A stretch of DNA of 64,000 nt from Thermodesulfobacteriota bacterium (GTDB lineage: Bacteria > Desulfobacterota > Desulfarculia > JACQYL01). The translations under genes and the position numbers were made by a program. Numbering within the stretch: position 1 is the first letter of the stretch; each line of letters opens with the position of its first letter. Positions 38,259-49,960 of this stretch are shown here, one piece after another. The DNA lies in contig CAXXLZ010000002.1 of the NCBI GenBank assembly GCA_963675595.2, forward strand, positions 288,001-352,000. Direction: 5' to 3'. Below the pieces are notes generated by a model. It saw nothing but the letters and a program-made list of their open reading frames with translations. It did not search any database and was not told the DNA's origin.

Positions 38259-38477
38259 AGCCTCCCGGCCTTTGTGATCCCCCCCGACAACCTTCGAGTC
38301 GGTTCGGTGCCGCCTCAGAGGAACGATCCGGTTCCTCTCGCAGGCGGTCGCCCGAACTCGGCTCGCGGTTATTCATGCAGCGCGTTGTGCTTGTTTTCTC
38401 AACCTTCCGGCGAGGCCCACCGCCCCGCCTGGAAGGCGTTTCGACGGCAATCTACAAATAACGGAAAGGTATTTAGC

Positions 38478-39656
38478 ATGAGAGAAGCGGTTATCGTCAG
38501 CGCAGCAAGAACCCCCCTGGGCAGCTTCGGCGGTTCCCTCAGCACCGTGGGCGCCACTCAATTGGGAGCCTACGCCATTCAGGAAGTCATCAAACGAGCC
38601 GGAATTACCGGAGAGGACGTGGACGAAGTGCTCATGGGACAGGTGCTCCCGTGCGGTTACGGGCAGAATCCCGCCAAGCAGGCCGCGGTCCTGGCCGGAC
38701 TCCCGTGGAAGGCCGAATGCATCACGGTAAACAAGGTTTGCGGGTCCGCCCTCAAGACGGTCATGCTTGCGGCTCAGGCCATCCAGGTGGGCGATGCGGA
38801 CGTCGTGGTGGCGGGAGGCATGGAGAACATGAGTATGGCTCCCTACTACCTGGAAAAGGCCCGTTACGGGTATCGCATGGGTCCGGGCGTGCTCCAGGAT
38901 CACATGGTCCACGACGGCCTGTGGGACATCGTGAACGATTTCCACATGGGCATGTCCAATGAGCATTGCTCGGAGAAGTACGGCGTAACCAGGGAAGACC
39001 AGGACCGATACGCTGCCGAATCCTATCGCAGAACCATGGCCTCCCTGGCCGAAGGCCGTTTCAATGAGGAAACCTTTCCCGTGTCCGTGCCCGGCAAAAA
39101 GGGAAAGACCCTCGTATTCGAAAAAGACGAGTGCGCCCAGGACACGCCCTATGAGACCTTGGCCGCCATGAAACCGGCCTTTCAGAAGGACGGAGTGGGA
39201 ACCGCCGGCAACGCCTCGATCATCAGCGACGGCGCGGCCGCCGTGGTGGTGATGTCGCGGGAAAAGGCGGAAGCCCTGGGATGCCCCATCATGGCCACCG
39301 TGGGAGCGCAGGCCTCCTACGCCATCGAAATGAAATACGTGCTGGTGGCCCCCATTTGGGCCGTGCCCAAGGTGCTGAAGAAGGAAGGCGTGGGCCTGGA
39401 CGACGTGGACCTTTTCGAAATCAATGAAGCGTTCAGCGGGTCCACCATGGCCGTGTTGAAAGAACTGAAACTCGATACGAACAAGGTCAACGTGAACGGC
39501 GGCAGCGTGTCCCTGGGACACCCCATCGGGGCCAGCGGCTGCCGCGTTCTGGTCACCCTGCTTTACGAAATGATTCGACGCGACGCCAAGCGCGGCTTGG
39601 CTTCCCTGTGCCTGGGCGGCGGTGAAGCGGTCGCCCTGGTGGTCCGAAGAAGCTGA
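38478..39656 (+). CDS. Acetyl-CoA C-acetyltransferase (thiolase)
   Basis: ARTPLG, NKVCGSAL, NEAF, GHPIGASG, CLGGG. Confidence 0.95.
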   Translation: MREAVIVSAARTPLGSFGGSLSTVGATQLGAYAIQEVIKRAGITGEDVDEVLMGQVLPCGYGQNPAKQAAVLAGLPWKAECITVNKVCGSALKTVMLAAQAIQVGDADVVVAGGMENMSMAPYYLEKARYGYRMGPGVLQDHMVHDGLWDIVNDFHMGMSNEHCSEKYGVTREDQDRYAAESYRRTMASLAEGRFNEETFPVSVPGKKGKTLVFEKDECAQDTPYETLAAMKPAFQKDGVGTAGNASIISDGAAAVVVMSREKAEALGCPIMATVGAQASYAIEMKYVLVAPIWAVPKVLKKEGVGLDDVDLFEINEAFSGSTMAVLKELKLDTNKVNVNGGSVSLGHPIGASGCRVLVTLLYEMIRRDAKRGLASLCLGGGEAVALVVRRS

Positions 39657-39725
39657 TCCCGCCCTTTCATCCACGGATATGCGAGGGAACCCTTTTTAAA
39701 GAAAGGGCTCCCTTCCTTTCCTGTA

Positions 39726-39846
39726 GCATTCACGGGGGAGGACTTTCGAGAAAGTCCTCCCCCGCACCCCCTCCCCAAGCACCTTGGACGGGCCTCACCG
39801 CCTTCGGCGGAGAGGCTGAGGTAGAAATCGGGTTTCCTCACTCATT
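39726..39846 (+). repeat. Repeat family B copy
   Basis: GCATTCACGGGGGAGGACTTTCGAGAAAGTCCTCCCCC...CCTCACCGCCTTCGGCGGAGAGG...TTTCCTCACTCATT. Confidence 0.8.
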
Positions 39847-40093
39847 CCCAGCGTTTTTCACCTCTGCTGAACCCGCAAAGAGTATGCAATCACAGTGCAA
39901 AGTCCGATTCCCCGGCTCGGCAAACACTTTTCCATCCCTCCGCCGAACCGTCGGATATCTCTCGCTGGTTCGATCCGGTGCCCGGCGGACCGGGACAGGC
40001 TTGGCCGTACGATTGTCTCCGCCTCCGTGCCGAGCTGGGGCTCGGCGCTCCCAGGACGAAACCAACCATCCTGTGATCGTGCACGATAGGGAC

Positions 40094-40303
40094 TCATTCA
40101 CGGGGGGGGAACTCATTTATTGTAGGGGCGGGCCACAGTTCCAAACTTTTTAAGCATTTTACTATGTTGAACGGGCGCATGCCGCTTGCTTTGGGAATCG
40201 CGTACGCGATTCGCAACAACGCAACGGGGGTCCGGGGGGGCATTGCTCCCCCGGCAGGGGGTGCAGGGGGACGGGGTCCCCCTGCCGCAAACCCCGTGAA
40301 TAC
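40094..40303 (+). repeat. Composite repeat family C bounded by ATTCACGGGG / CCCCGTGAAT, includes a GTAG-type REP half
   Basis: GAATCGCGTACGCGATTC palindrome and G-rich hairpins shared with 47180-47404. Confidence 0.75.
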
Positions 40304-40456
40304 TGAATTGGTTCATCCCGCCTCGAATTCATCGATTTGTCACAATTGCCTCATAATTTGTTCACAACACGAGATTAAATAGTGCGCAACGTCAAACACG
40401 GCAAAACGTGGGTAAGCAATAAGCAGGTTGAAACAAATCGTTGGAGGTGGTTCGCC

Positions 40457-40828
40457 ATGCACCATTACGTGCACGACATTCCCGGCAGGTTGAGAGTAAG
40501 ACTGGAGGGGCTAAGAGGGAATGATCGTGAAGCTCAAGGAATCATCAGCCGCATCAGCACGTTGCAGGGTGTGAACAAAGTGAGTTTCAACTCCCTCACC
40601 GGGAGTTTCACCGTCAAATACGAACCCCGCCTCATCGCCTCTCGGCAAATCAAAGACCTTCTCTCCCAAACCGGTCACTTCGACGCCGGCAAGGTCATGT
40701 CCAACGACAAGTACATCGAGAACGCCGCGGCTTCGGCGACCCAGACCGTGAGTCGCTTCCTGTTCGGATTCGCCGTGGATCGCGCCTTCGCCGGAACCGG
40801 ACTTTCCTTTCTCACCGCCCTGCTGTAG
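40457..40828 (+). CDS. Small HMA2-domain protein (HxxPGRLR), fez-like
   Basis: YVHDIPGRLRVR...GVNKVSFNSLTGSFTVKY; GGAGG RBS. Confidence 0.8.
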   Translation: MHHYVHDIPGRLRVRLEGLRGNDREAQGIISRISTLQGVNKVSFNSLTGSFTVKYEPRLIASRQIKDLLSQTGHFDAGKVMSNDKYIENAAASATQTVSRFLFGFAVDRAFAGTGLSFLTALL

Positions 40829-40987
40829 CGGTCCGCCGAAAAACGCCATCCGTCCGCCCGAGACGGGCCATAAAGAATTTCATTTTCAGCATAAATCTTC
40901 AGCGGAACCAAGGCGTTTCCGCTGTTTTTATTTTTCCTCACCCCCGCGCCACGTTTCCTGGAAAACCGAACTGCTGTAATTATTTGT

Positions 40988-41102
40988 ATTTGCTGGGGGA
41001 AACTTTCGAGAAAGTTTTCCCCGGTCCCCTTTCAAAGCAACCTGAGCAGGCCTCACCGCCTCCGGCGGAGAGGTGGAGAAAGATATCGGTTTCCTCACCC
41101 AT
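40988..41102 (+). repeat. Repeat family B copy
   Basis: GGGGAAACTTTCGAGAAAGTTTTCCCC...GGCCTCACCGCCTCCGGCGGAGAGG. Confidence 0.75.
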
Positions 41103-41919
41103 CTCCAAGGTCCCCCGCGTCTCATACATCGGCAAGAAAGCGCACTGCTTCGGAGTGGAGCCTCCGCTTTGCGGAAAATCAAGCCGGTCCTGATCGGATA
41201 AGTCCGCTTGGTGTCTGGCTTCAGGCCACAAGGATGCGACACATGCTTTTGATCGAGCACTTGGACGAATTTTCTGGTTCAAGCAAAATACCTCTTGTAA
41301 AATGGGAAAACGAGTCGCAGCCCTACATGCCGGATCGGAACGAGGTCTTTCTGAGATTCACTCCGTACGGAACGAGAGCGGGTTGAAGCAGGGAGTTTGA
41401 GGAATCTTTCAAAGGTATGGCAAATGGGTTGAACATTGGGCGTCGTGTGGAGGCTGTACCGGATATGATATTCGGGTACGTTTCATACATGTTGATCACA
41501 CAAACCTGTCGGTTTCGAGGCCGACCGATCTTTTTCACCTTTTTCCGGCGCCGTTGATGCCCATGACGGGGATTTGTGGTTCATATGTTATATTTGACCG
41601 AAGTTTTCTCAAGCATAATGCATCTCGTAGTGAACTTAGAGCTAATCACATTTGCAGGTAGTAATAGCTAACCACTCGCTTCCCGCGTGATTTACCATAT
41701 TTAAAAGCATTCAACGCGAAGTATTGTCGTCGTCTTTGTAAGGCACTTTTTCTATGATGACGATTTTTGAGACTTGTAACAGAACCTATAAACAGGTGCT
41801 CCACCTGGAACTATATAGTAACAAGTCATGCTTTAAACACACTATAAGCACTTCAAGCTCTAATAAGGCAACAATTGCACACTTTACATTTCCACTTCAA
41901 TACCCTATGGAGGGTCGAT

Positions 41920-42681
41920 ATGAGAAAGTGCTTTGTTATGCAGCCTTTTGACAGTGGGAAGTTCGACAAACGATACGAGGCAGTCTTTTGCCCTGCTATT
42001 TCTTTAGCGGGAATTGAACCATATAGAGTTGACCGAGACCCATCAGTCAGTATTCCAATACAAGAAATTGAAAATGGGATTAGAAATTCAGACATATGCT
42101 TTGCTGATATCACCACAGACAACCCCAACGTGTGGTTTGAACTCGGATTTGCTCTTGCAATACCACGGGAGGTAGTGCTTGTTTGCTCCGATGAGAGAAC
42201 CGAACGATACCCGTTTGACGTTCAACACCGTAGCATAATAAAATACACAACAGGTGCACCACAGGACTTCGACGAGTTGAAACCAAAAATCACCAATCGG
42301 ATTCAAGCGATTCTCAAGAAGAATGAGGAGATAGGATTGGCTGTTAGTCGGACAGCAATTAAGGACAACGGGGGCCTGAATCAGCATGAGCTTGTCGCCC
42401 TTGTTACAACCATGCAGAACTCATTTCTTACTGATGGTTTTGTATCAGGCTACACTATAAAAATGGACATGAACAAGTCAGGATTTACTGATATAGCCGT
42501 AGGGATTGCACTCAGAACATTAATATCAAAGTTTTTGATAAAGTCAGAGATTTTGACAGACAGCGATGACAGTTCGTACACTGTCTATAAGACGACGCCA
42601 TTAGGAGAGGAATGGCTTATCAAGAATCAAGAATTGTTGACGCTGAAGGTTGAGCCAGCAGACGACGGAATCCCCTTCTAA
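41920..42681 (+). CDS. Nucleoside-2-deoxyribosyltransferase-like (NDT/TIR-like) domain + winged-helix-like domain, SSB-like C-terminal tail
   Basis: KCFVMQPF, ADITTDNPNVWFELGFA, PFDVQH; ends PADDGIPF; AT-rich coding. Confidence 0.75.
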   Translation: MRKCFVMQPFDSGKFDKRYEAVFCPAISLAGIEPYRVDRDPSVSIPIQEIENGIRNSDICFADITTDNPNVWFELGFALAIPREVVLVCSDERTERYPFDVQHRSIIKYTTGAPQDFDELKPKITNRIQAILKKNEEIGLAVSRTAIKDNGGLNQHELVALVTTMQNSFLTDGFVSGYTIKMDMNKSGFTDIAVGIALRTLISKFLIKSEILTDSDDSSYTVYKTTPLGEEWLIKNQELLTLKVEPADDGIPF

Positions 42682-42884
42682 CAATCAAGAATAATCGCCA
42701 TGGAGTCAGCTCTTGCCTTTTGACATTAGTGAAGGGAAACACCGCCCACGTCGAGACCACTGAACTTTGAATTTCCATTTGTTTTCTATCTGCTTGCGAA
42801 TAAAGGGATTCTATTGAATTTACACGTTTCTTTGGTTCATCCCTTATGGGACAGAGATTTCATGCGGCGAAAAGTGTGAAATAG

Positions 42885-43335
42885 GGCACGTTGTTGACTA
42901 ACGTGACAAACGCCGGTAGGCCTTGGGAGTGGGTGAGATGGATGAGCCGGCCCGGATAAGATCCGCTTCAAACGTATTCCTTTTCCGTGTGAACACGCCC
43001 GTTCCCGATCGAAGACCACACAGGTCACCCCCGCGCGTATGAGGGGGCCGACGGATCGTCCCGGCAGGCTTCCGTGACTTCCCGGTGGTTCTTGGGCGCC
43101 GCCGATCAGGATGCCCGGGCGGACAGCCTCCCTCATTGCTCAACATAGATTCGGCGCTTTCTTCTTCTCACTTGATGTTTTTGAGCGAAGAGCCTTTAAT
43201 GACAAACGCCCTGCCCAAGTTTTCGATCCAATCTCGATTTTTCGGTTTTTCCAGCACAACAAAGGTGGGCCTTCGGCCGTGTTTCGGGCAGGCACTGTGG
43301 CCTGCCCCTACAATAGACGAGCTCCTCCCGTGAAT
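42885..43335. repeat. ~450-bp non-coding element, copy 1 (ends in GTAG REP + CCCGTGAAT)
   Basis: Aligns colinearly with 45005-45163 plus 46221-46527. Confidence 0.85.
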
Positions 43336-43384
43336 GATGACGAAAGATGAGAGCCAGACCCGGAAGGGCTCTACCGGCTTTCGA

Positions 43385-44917
43385 TCAAAACCCATGGCAA
43401 TTCAAACAGGACGTAGACGTTGCGGGGCCGATTGACACGGCGTGAGGAACGCCCGATCGGGTGGAAGCGGTCGGCTCAATGGCCTCGGGGTACCATTCGT
43501 TGTAGATCGCCGAAAAGGAGCCGTCGGCTTTCATTTCACCGAGCGTTTCGCCCCAACGGGATACCAGGTCGGAATGGCTTCCCTTGGAAATTCCAATATA
43601 AAACTCGGTAGTGCTGAGAAGATATTGTTTTTCCAGCCCCGTCATTGAATACCCCGCACTTTCCACTAGTTGATTCACGGTTATATCCGTGAACACGGTG
43701 GCTTCAATGGTACCGGACATCAAGTTCTCGACGAGTTCCGTCGGATCGGCAAAACTAACCAGGTTATCGAATCCCATATTCATCAGCATTTGTTCGGTAA
43801 ACCAGGATGAACAAGTACCGATCGAGTTTAGACTTGCGGCGTCTTCAAGTGACTCGAGAACGAGACCGCTTCCGGTTCGGGTGTAGAAATTGGCGGAATT
43901 GACCCCAATCGGACCCACCCAGTTGAAAAGGCCTTCTCTCCATTCCGTTCTTTCAAGTGAGAACAAAATGATATTCGGGTTGATCAACGCTATATCGTAT
44001 GCATTTCTCCAATTTGTAATAATCATGTTATCAGGAACATTCAGTCTATTCATTATGGTCCTGACGACTTCCGTTCCTCCTCCTGTGATAACCCCTTGAG
44101 AATTCAAAAAACTGATTGGGGGATACGGTTCAGTATATATCTGTAATTTCTCCGGTAAGACGCCCGAAAAAATATAACTCCGATAAATGTCCTCGAAAAC
44201 GCGCTCCTCTTTCATGTCGTCAAGCGTATCCTGCCATTCCTCCACAACGGAGTCGGGGACGGTTTGCGAAAAAGCGATATAAAGCAACTCCGTTTTCAGG
44301 TCGAACAGGCTCTCAACGCTGTCGTAACCCAAGTCGGTGTGGTCTTCGATGTATTGATAAATGGTGCCGTGCGTTGTGGCAATAAAGTCCACTTCTTTGT
44401 CGAAGAATTTCTGTAATGCCTCTTCTGAAGAAGAAACCACTACCAAATGTTGGAAGTTTTCTTTTTCCAATAACTCATGTGGTGGATAGTCTTTCACAAC
44501 GGCTATACGGTATTCCGCGAAGTCCTCAAGAGAACCGAATTTCTCAAATTCGCCTGTTCTAGAAAATATCAACCATCTCAGGCGTCCTAAAGCCCCCACC
44601 CACTTGAACTCGTCCTTTCTCTTTTCCGTCAGCGATGTGGAAAACAGTACCGTATTCGGTTCATTTCTCAGTGCGTTCAAACCATCGGTCCAGTTGACTA
44701 CTTCGATGGTATCTTTTCTTCCGGTCCGTTTCATGATTTCGTTCACTACATCATAAGCTATCCCTTTCCATTCTCCATCCGTCTGATAGTTATATGGAAA
44801 ATAGTCTTCCGTCATAATACGTAACTGCATGTCGCCATCAGAAGAAGAACCGCATGCAATAAACAGGGAAGACACCAGCAATAACATAATAGAACAAAAC
44901 AGTCTGAAACCGGACAT
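43385..44917 (-). CDS. Lipoprotein with two tandem amino-acid-ABC-type (SBP family 3) substrate-binding domains
   Basis: Lipobox FIAC; two repeats TEDYFPY/TEPYPPI...FKWVG/FNWVGP...LYIAFS/FYIGIS. Confidence 0.82.
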   Translation of the reverse strand: MSGFRLFCSIMLLLVSSLFIACGSSSDGDMQLRIMTEDYFPYNYQTDGEWKGIAYDVVNEIMKRTGRKDTIEVVNWTDGLNALRNEPNTVLFSTSLTEKRKDEFKWVGALGRLRWLIFSRTGEFEKFGSLEDFAEYRIAVVKDYPPHELLEKENFQHLVVVSSSEEALQKFFDKEVDFIATTHGTIYQYIEDHTDLGYDSVESLFDLKTELLYIAFSQTVPDSVVEEWQDTLDDMKEERVFEDIYRSYIFSGVLPEKLQIYTEPYPPISFLNSQGVITGGGTEVVRTIMNRLNVPDNMIITNWRNAYDIALINPNIILFSLERTEWREGLFNWVGPIGVNSANFYTRTGSGLVLESLEDAASLNSIGTCSSWFTEQMLMNMGFDNLVSFADPTELVENLMSGTIEATVFTDITVNQLVESAGYSMTGLEKQYLLSTTEFYIGISKGSHSDLVSRWGETLGEMKADGSFSAIYNEWYPEAIEPTASTRSGVPHAVSIGPATSTSCLNCHGF

Positions 44918-45163
44918 GAGCTCATCTCCCATATCATATTTGAGGCGAGTGGAAAGAATTGTTTAGGAGTATCATTTTAAACGGGGCTCCTCAACTCCGC
45001 TGATCAGGGGACGCTGTTGACTTGCGTGACAAAAGCCGCTAGTCCTTTGGAGTGGGTGAGATGGATGCGCCGGCCCGACCAAGATCCGCTTCAAACGGAT
45101 TCCTTTTCCGTGTGAACATGCCCGCTCCTGATCGAAGACCACACAGGTCACTCCCGCGGGCGT

Positions 45164-46085
<922 letters not shown>

Positions 46086-46087
46086 AC

Positions 46088-46220
46088 GTATTCACGGGGT
46101 GCGCCGCAGAGGGACGCCGGCACGGGGGGGGACAGGGAAGATGGTGACATGGGCCTTCGGCCGACTATTGGGCAGGCACCATGGCCTGCCCCTACAATGG
46201 ACGAGTCCCCCCAGTGAATG
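46088..46220. repeat. Small MITE bounded by GTATTCACGGGG / CCCCAGTGAATG containing a GTAG REP
   Basis: Terminal IR and GGGCAGGCACCATGGCCTGCCCCTAC hairpin. Confidence 0.7.
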
Positions 46221-46677
46221 ATTACCCGCACGCATGGGGCGGCCGACGGATCGTCCCGGTTGGCTTTCCGTGAATTTCCGGTGTTCCCTTGACGGCGCCG
46301 ATCAGGATGCCCGGGCGGACAGCTTCCTTCATTGTTCAACATAGATTCGGCGCTTTCTTCACCTCGTTTGATGTTTTTGAGCGGTGAGCCTTTAATGCAA
46401 CGCCCTGCCCAAGCTTTCGATCAACTCTCGATTTTCCGGTCTTTCCCGCCACAACAAAGGTGGGCCTTCGGCCGTCTTTCGGGCAGGCACTGTGGCCTGC
46501 CCCTACAATAGATGAGCTCCTCCCGTGAGAGATTGCCATTTTTCAACAAAGATTCGGCATTTTATTCATCTCAATTGATGTCTTTGAGCCGCCTTCCTGG
46601 TAAAATGACCCCACCGATGGATGAAAAACAATCATGATCGGTTGTGACCACAGGATTTCTGCAATCGGAGGACAAGG

Positions 46678-47118
46678 ATGAAGACGCGGACCATGATTTT
46701 GGGTCTATTTTTCGCCGTTATTTTAACAATTTCCTGTTCGGCTTTTGCCGAAGACGCCGTACCTGATCTCAAGGGAGTCTGGGAAGGGACCACCTATTCC
46801 ATCAAATATCACCCAAGCAGCGGTCATGAAATGGAACATCGTCCCGCCGGACACTCCGGTGAGGTGCTGCCCATCAAATTCACGTTCACCATCGACTTTC
46901 AGGACAAGAGAATCTTCACAGGGATTCTGGCCTCGGCCACGTTCAAAGAAACCATTGCCGGGGCGATCTCGCTGGATAACCAAAGCCTTTACCTGACCGA
47001 TCAGGACAGTACCTTTTTCGGCAAGATTCTGAGTCCGGACCGGTTCGAGCTGATCTGGACGGCGGTTGAAACTCCGGCACACGGAGTGGGCCACGGGGTT
47101 TTTGTGAAAAAGAAGTAG
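46678..47118 (+). CDS. Small secreted hypothetical protein (beta-rich)
   Basis: GGAGG RBS, signal peptide ending AFA, PDLKGVWEG. Confidence 0.75.
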   Translation: MKTRTMILGLFFAVILTISCSAFAEDAVPDLKGVWEGTTYSIKYHPSSGHEMEHRPAGHSGEVLPIKFTFTIDFQDKRIFTGILASATFKETIAGAISLDNQSLYLTDQDSTFFGKILSPDRFELIWTAVETPAHGVGHGVFVKKK

Positions 47119-47179
47119 CAAAACCCCACAAACCGTCGTCGCTCTCCGGAATTAGGATCGAATCGCCTGATTCTGTGTG

Positions 47180-47404
47180 AGCATTCAGAGGGGGTATCCG
47201 AGGGAACCCTTTTTGAAAAAAGGGTTCCCTCGGGCTCCTTCCCAAAAACTTTCAAGTATTTTACTATGTTGTACGGAACATGCCGCTCGTTTTGCGAATC
47301 GCGTACGCGATTCGCGGAAGCGCAATGGGGGTCCGGGGGGCCGTTGGTCCCCCGGCAGGGGGTGCGGGGGGACGGTGTCCTCCTGCGGCACACCCCGTGA
47401 ATAC
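47180..47404 (+). repeat. Repeat family C copy
   Basis: GCATTCAG...GAGGGAACCCTTTTT/AAAAAGGGTTCCCTC...GAATCGCGTACGCGATTC...CCCCGTGAATAC. Confidence 0.8.
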
Positions 47405-47474
47405 CTACCACTGAAGAATGGAAATGCGCGAAATCAACCCCTTGCCCCTTTTACCTTTTCAAGGATGATCAGCC

Positions 47475-48287
47475 ATGTCGGATCTTCACGAAATCGTCAA
47501 AAGTCAATTTGATCAACAAGCAGCGGATTTCAGTAATTGGTCCGTTACCAAGAATATTGAATATCAAAAGGCGTATTTTGATTTCTGTGAACTCTCCGAT
47601 CGAGATCGCGTATTGGATATGGCGTGCGGTACGGGTGAATATGCCCTTTTTGCGGCGCCGAAGGTGCAATCTGTTCAAGGGATTGATATCTCAAAGGGAA
47701 TGATAGAAATCGCCCAAAAGCAAGCCGGCAATGCCCAATTGACCAACGTTGCCTTTTTATGCCACCCCGTTGAACATACCCCGTTTGAGACCGACTCATT
47801 TTCCTTGGTGTTCTGTCGATCGGCGTTTCATCACTTTGTTGATTATGTGACGATATTTGATGAGATGATCCGTTGTTGTCAACAAGGCGGTAGAATGAGT
47901 ATCCAAGATATTATCGCCTATCCGAACGAAAAAGTAGATTCCTTTTTTGAAGACCTTGAGAAGCTGATCGATGAAAGCCATCACAAAACATTGACCAAAG
48001 AATATATCACTAGCTTGTACGTTCAAAGAAACATACCGATCAAGAATACGTTTGAAATCGAAATAGAATTAAATCTTCAGGAATATCTTGGACACGCACG
48101 ACAATCAAAGGAAAACAGGGAAAGGATTCGCAGCTTATTGGAGCGGGGGTTAGAGGATCCGGAACTTTCAGCGTATTTTGTCGTCAAAGACAAGGAGCTG
48201 TTTTTCAAACGAAGCGTTTTTTTGATCTTAGGCGAGAAACCAACAGACGTGAGCATTCAGAAGGGTATCCGAGGGAACCCTCTTTGA
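47475..48287 (+). CDS. Class I SAM-dependent methyltransferase (UbiE-like); stop lies inside a repeat
   Basis: VLDMACGTG, GIDIS, FCRSAFHHF. Confidence 0.88.
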   Translation: MSDLHEIVKSQFDQQAADFSNWSVTKNIEYQKAYFDFCELSDRDRVLDMACGTGEYALFAAPKVQSVQGIDISKGMIEIAQKQAGNAQLTNVAFLCHPVEHTPFETDSFSLVFCRSAFHHFVDYVTIFDEMIRCCQQGGRMSIQDIIAYPNEKVDSFFEDLEKLIDESHHKTLTKEYITSLYVQRNIPIKNTFEIEIELNLQEYLGHARQSKENRERIRSLLERGLEDPELSAYFVVKDKELFFKRSVFLILGEKPTDVSIQKGIRGNPL

Positions 48288-48420
48288 AAAACGGGGCCCC
48301 CCAGGCTCCCTCCCGGACATTTCAAGTATTTTACCACGTTGTACGAAACATGCCGCTCGTTCTGCATGTCATCGTTTTTCACCAACCTGTGGCAACCGAC
48401 TTTTTCAACGGGTTGGTAAA
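48251..48420 (+). repeat. Chimeric repeat: family C left half joined to family A right half
   Basis: 48251-48363 matches 47180-47292; 48363-48420 matches 32287-32343. Confidence 0.7.
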
Positions 48421-48490
48421 TAGTACCCAACAGGGCCCATGCCAAACGAATGACTTTGCCGATTCGTCAGACGTAGGAAAGGTTGCCAAC

Positions 48491-48606
48491 TAATGAGGAA
48501 ACCCGATTTTTCCCTCAGCCTCCCCGCCGTAGGCGGTGAGGCCTGCTTGAAACGTTTCAAGGGGGGTGCACGGGGGGAATTTTTTCAAAAATTCCCCCCG
48601 TGAATG
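48491..48606 (-). repeat. Repeat family B copy
   Basis: Reverse orientation, ends CCCCCCGTGAATG. Confidence 0.75.
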
Positions 48607-48680
48607 ATTACATGGTTTCCTCACCTACCCTGTGAACAGGTACGGAGAACCCGGATGTCGTTCCTGGTTGGGGGGGAGAG

Positions 48681-49829
48681 ATGGAATATAAGGACGGTGT
48701 TTACGAGGAACAGCTGAACGTCATCTTCAGGCAGACTCCAACCATTATAGGCGGAGGCGTGGTCGCCGGCCCGACGTTTGTTTGGCTCTTCTGGAAAGTG
48801 GCGAATCACACGGAATTGCTGATTTGGCTGGCTTGTTTTCTGGCGCTTCTTGCGGCCAGAGTTCTATTATACGTAGTATTCCTGCGAAGCGGAAAATTAT
48901 GTTCGAGAGGCACTTGGGGAAAGCTGTATACCTCTTCCACGTTTCTACAGTCTTTACTTTGGGGGTCCGTTTGGCTGATTTTTGCCCAAACGGGAAGTGA
49001 TCCCGCCTATTCTTTAGCCATCGCCATTTGCTTGCTTGCGTTGAGCGCCGTATCGGTAAGCGCCTACTCGGTCCATCTACCAAGCCTGTTCGCTTTCTTC
49101 TTCCCGATCATTATCCCCAGCATCGTCTATTTCTTGATGAATAGGGGAGAATTCTTCCTACAGATCGCCATCGTTCTAACGGCATATATCGTTGTTGTTC
49201 TTCGAGGTGTCTTGCCCATACATCGTTCGTTGATCAGTTCTATTCGCCTGAACTTTGAGCTCAATGAAGAAGTCTCTAAAAGAAAAATGGTGGAAGACAA
49301 GTTACGGGAACTATCCATTTTGGATGGACTTACCGGTTTGGCAAACAGGCGGCACTTCAATGACACGCTCGATAAGGAACTGAAACGGGCACAACGACAA
49401 TCAACCCAACTATCACTCATCCTCCTGGATATCGACTTCTTCAAGGCCTATAATGATCATTATGGTCATGTAAAGGGCGATGAGTGTTTAAAGAGAGTAT
49501 CGTCCTGCATCCGGACGGCCGCCAGGCGTCCGGGTGATCTGGCCGCTCGCTACGGAGGTGAAGAGTTTTCCGTGATTCTGCCCGACACGGAGGCCAAGGG
49601 CGCTTATGCGGTAGGTGAAAACATCAGAACGACCATCAAGAATCTAAACATCGCACACGCGTGCTCTTGCGTTGAAGGATGCGATTCCGTTACGGTCAGT
49701 GCCGGGATCGCAACGCTGTTGCCTGATAAGGACATTACAGCCGATGATCTGATCAATAAGGCGGATGAGGCCCTATATGCCGCCAAAGAAAGAGGACGAA
49801 ATCAAAGCATCGCGGCCGATCCGACCTGA
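48681..49829 (+). CDS. Membrane-anchored diguanylate cyclase
   Basis: Multiple TMs; DGLTGLANRR, DIDFFKAYND, RPGD I-site, RYGGEEF. Confidence 0.92.
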   Translation: MEYKDGVYEEQLNVIFRQTPTIIGGGVVAGPTFVWLFWKVANHTELLIWLACFLALLAARVLLYVVFLRSGKLCSRGTWGKLYTSSTFLQSLLWGSVWLIFAQTGSDPAYSLAIAICLLALSAVSVSAYSVHLPSLFAFFFPIIIPSIVYFLMNRGEFFLQIAIVLTAYIVVVLRGVLPIHRSLISSIRLNFELNEEVSKRKMVEDKLRELSILDGLTGLANRRHFNDTLDKELKRAQRQSTQLSLILLDIDFFKAYNDHYGHVKGDECLKRVSSCIRTAARRPGDLAARYGGEEFSVILPDTEAKGAYAVGENIRTTIKNLNIAHACSCVEGCDSVTVSAGIATLLPDKDITADDLINKADEALYAAKERGRNQSIAADPT

Positions 49830-49857
49830 GCTGTAAAGGGAACAAACGACAAGGTAT

Positions 49858-49960
49858 GCAGTCACGGGGGAAGACTTTCGAGAGAGTTCCCCCCCGCACC
49901 CCCCCTCCAAACCTCTCAAGTGGGCCTCAACGCCTCCGGCGCAGAGGCCGGGCAGGAAAT
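49858..49960 (+). repeat. Repeat family B copy
   Basis: TCACGGGGGAAGACTTTCGAGAGAGTTCCCCCC...GGCCTCAACGCC. Confidence 0.75.

Noticed and set aside
38250-38330. Selenocysteine read-through at GC-TGA of the YeeE gene
   Set aside because: No convincing SECIS hairpin and no nearby second stop; a terminal EGC is the simpler reading
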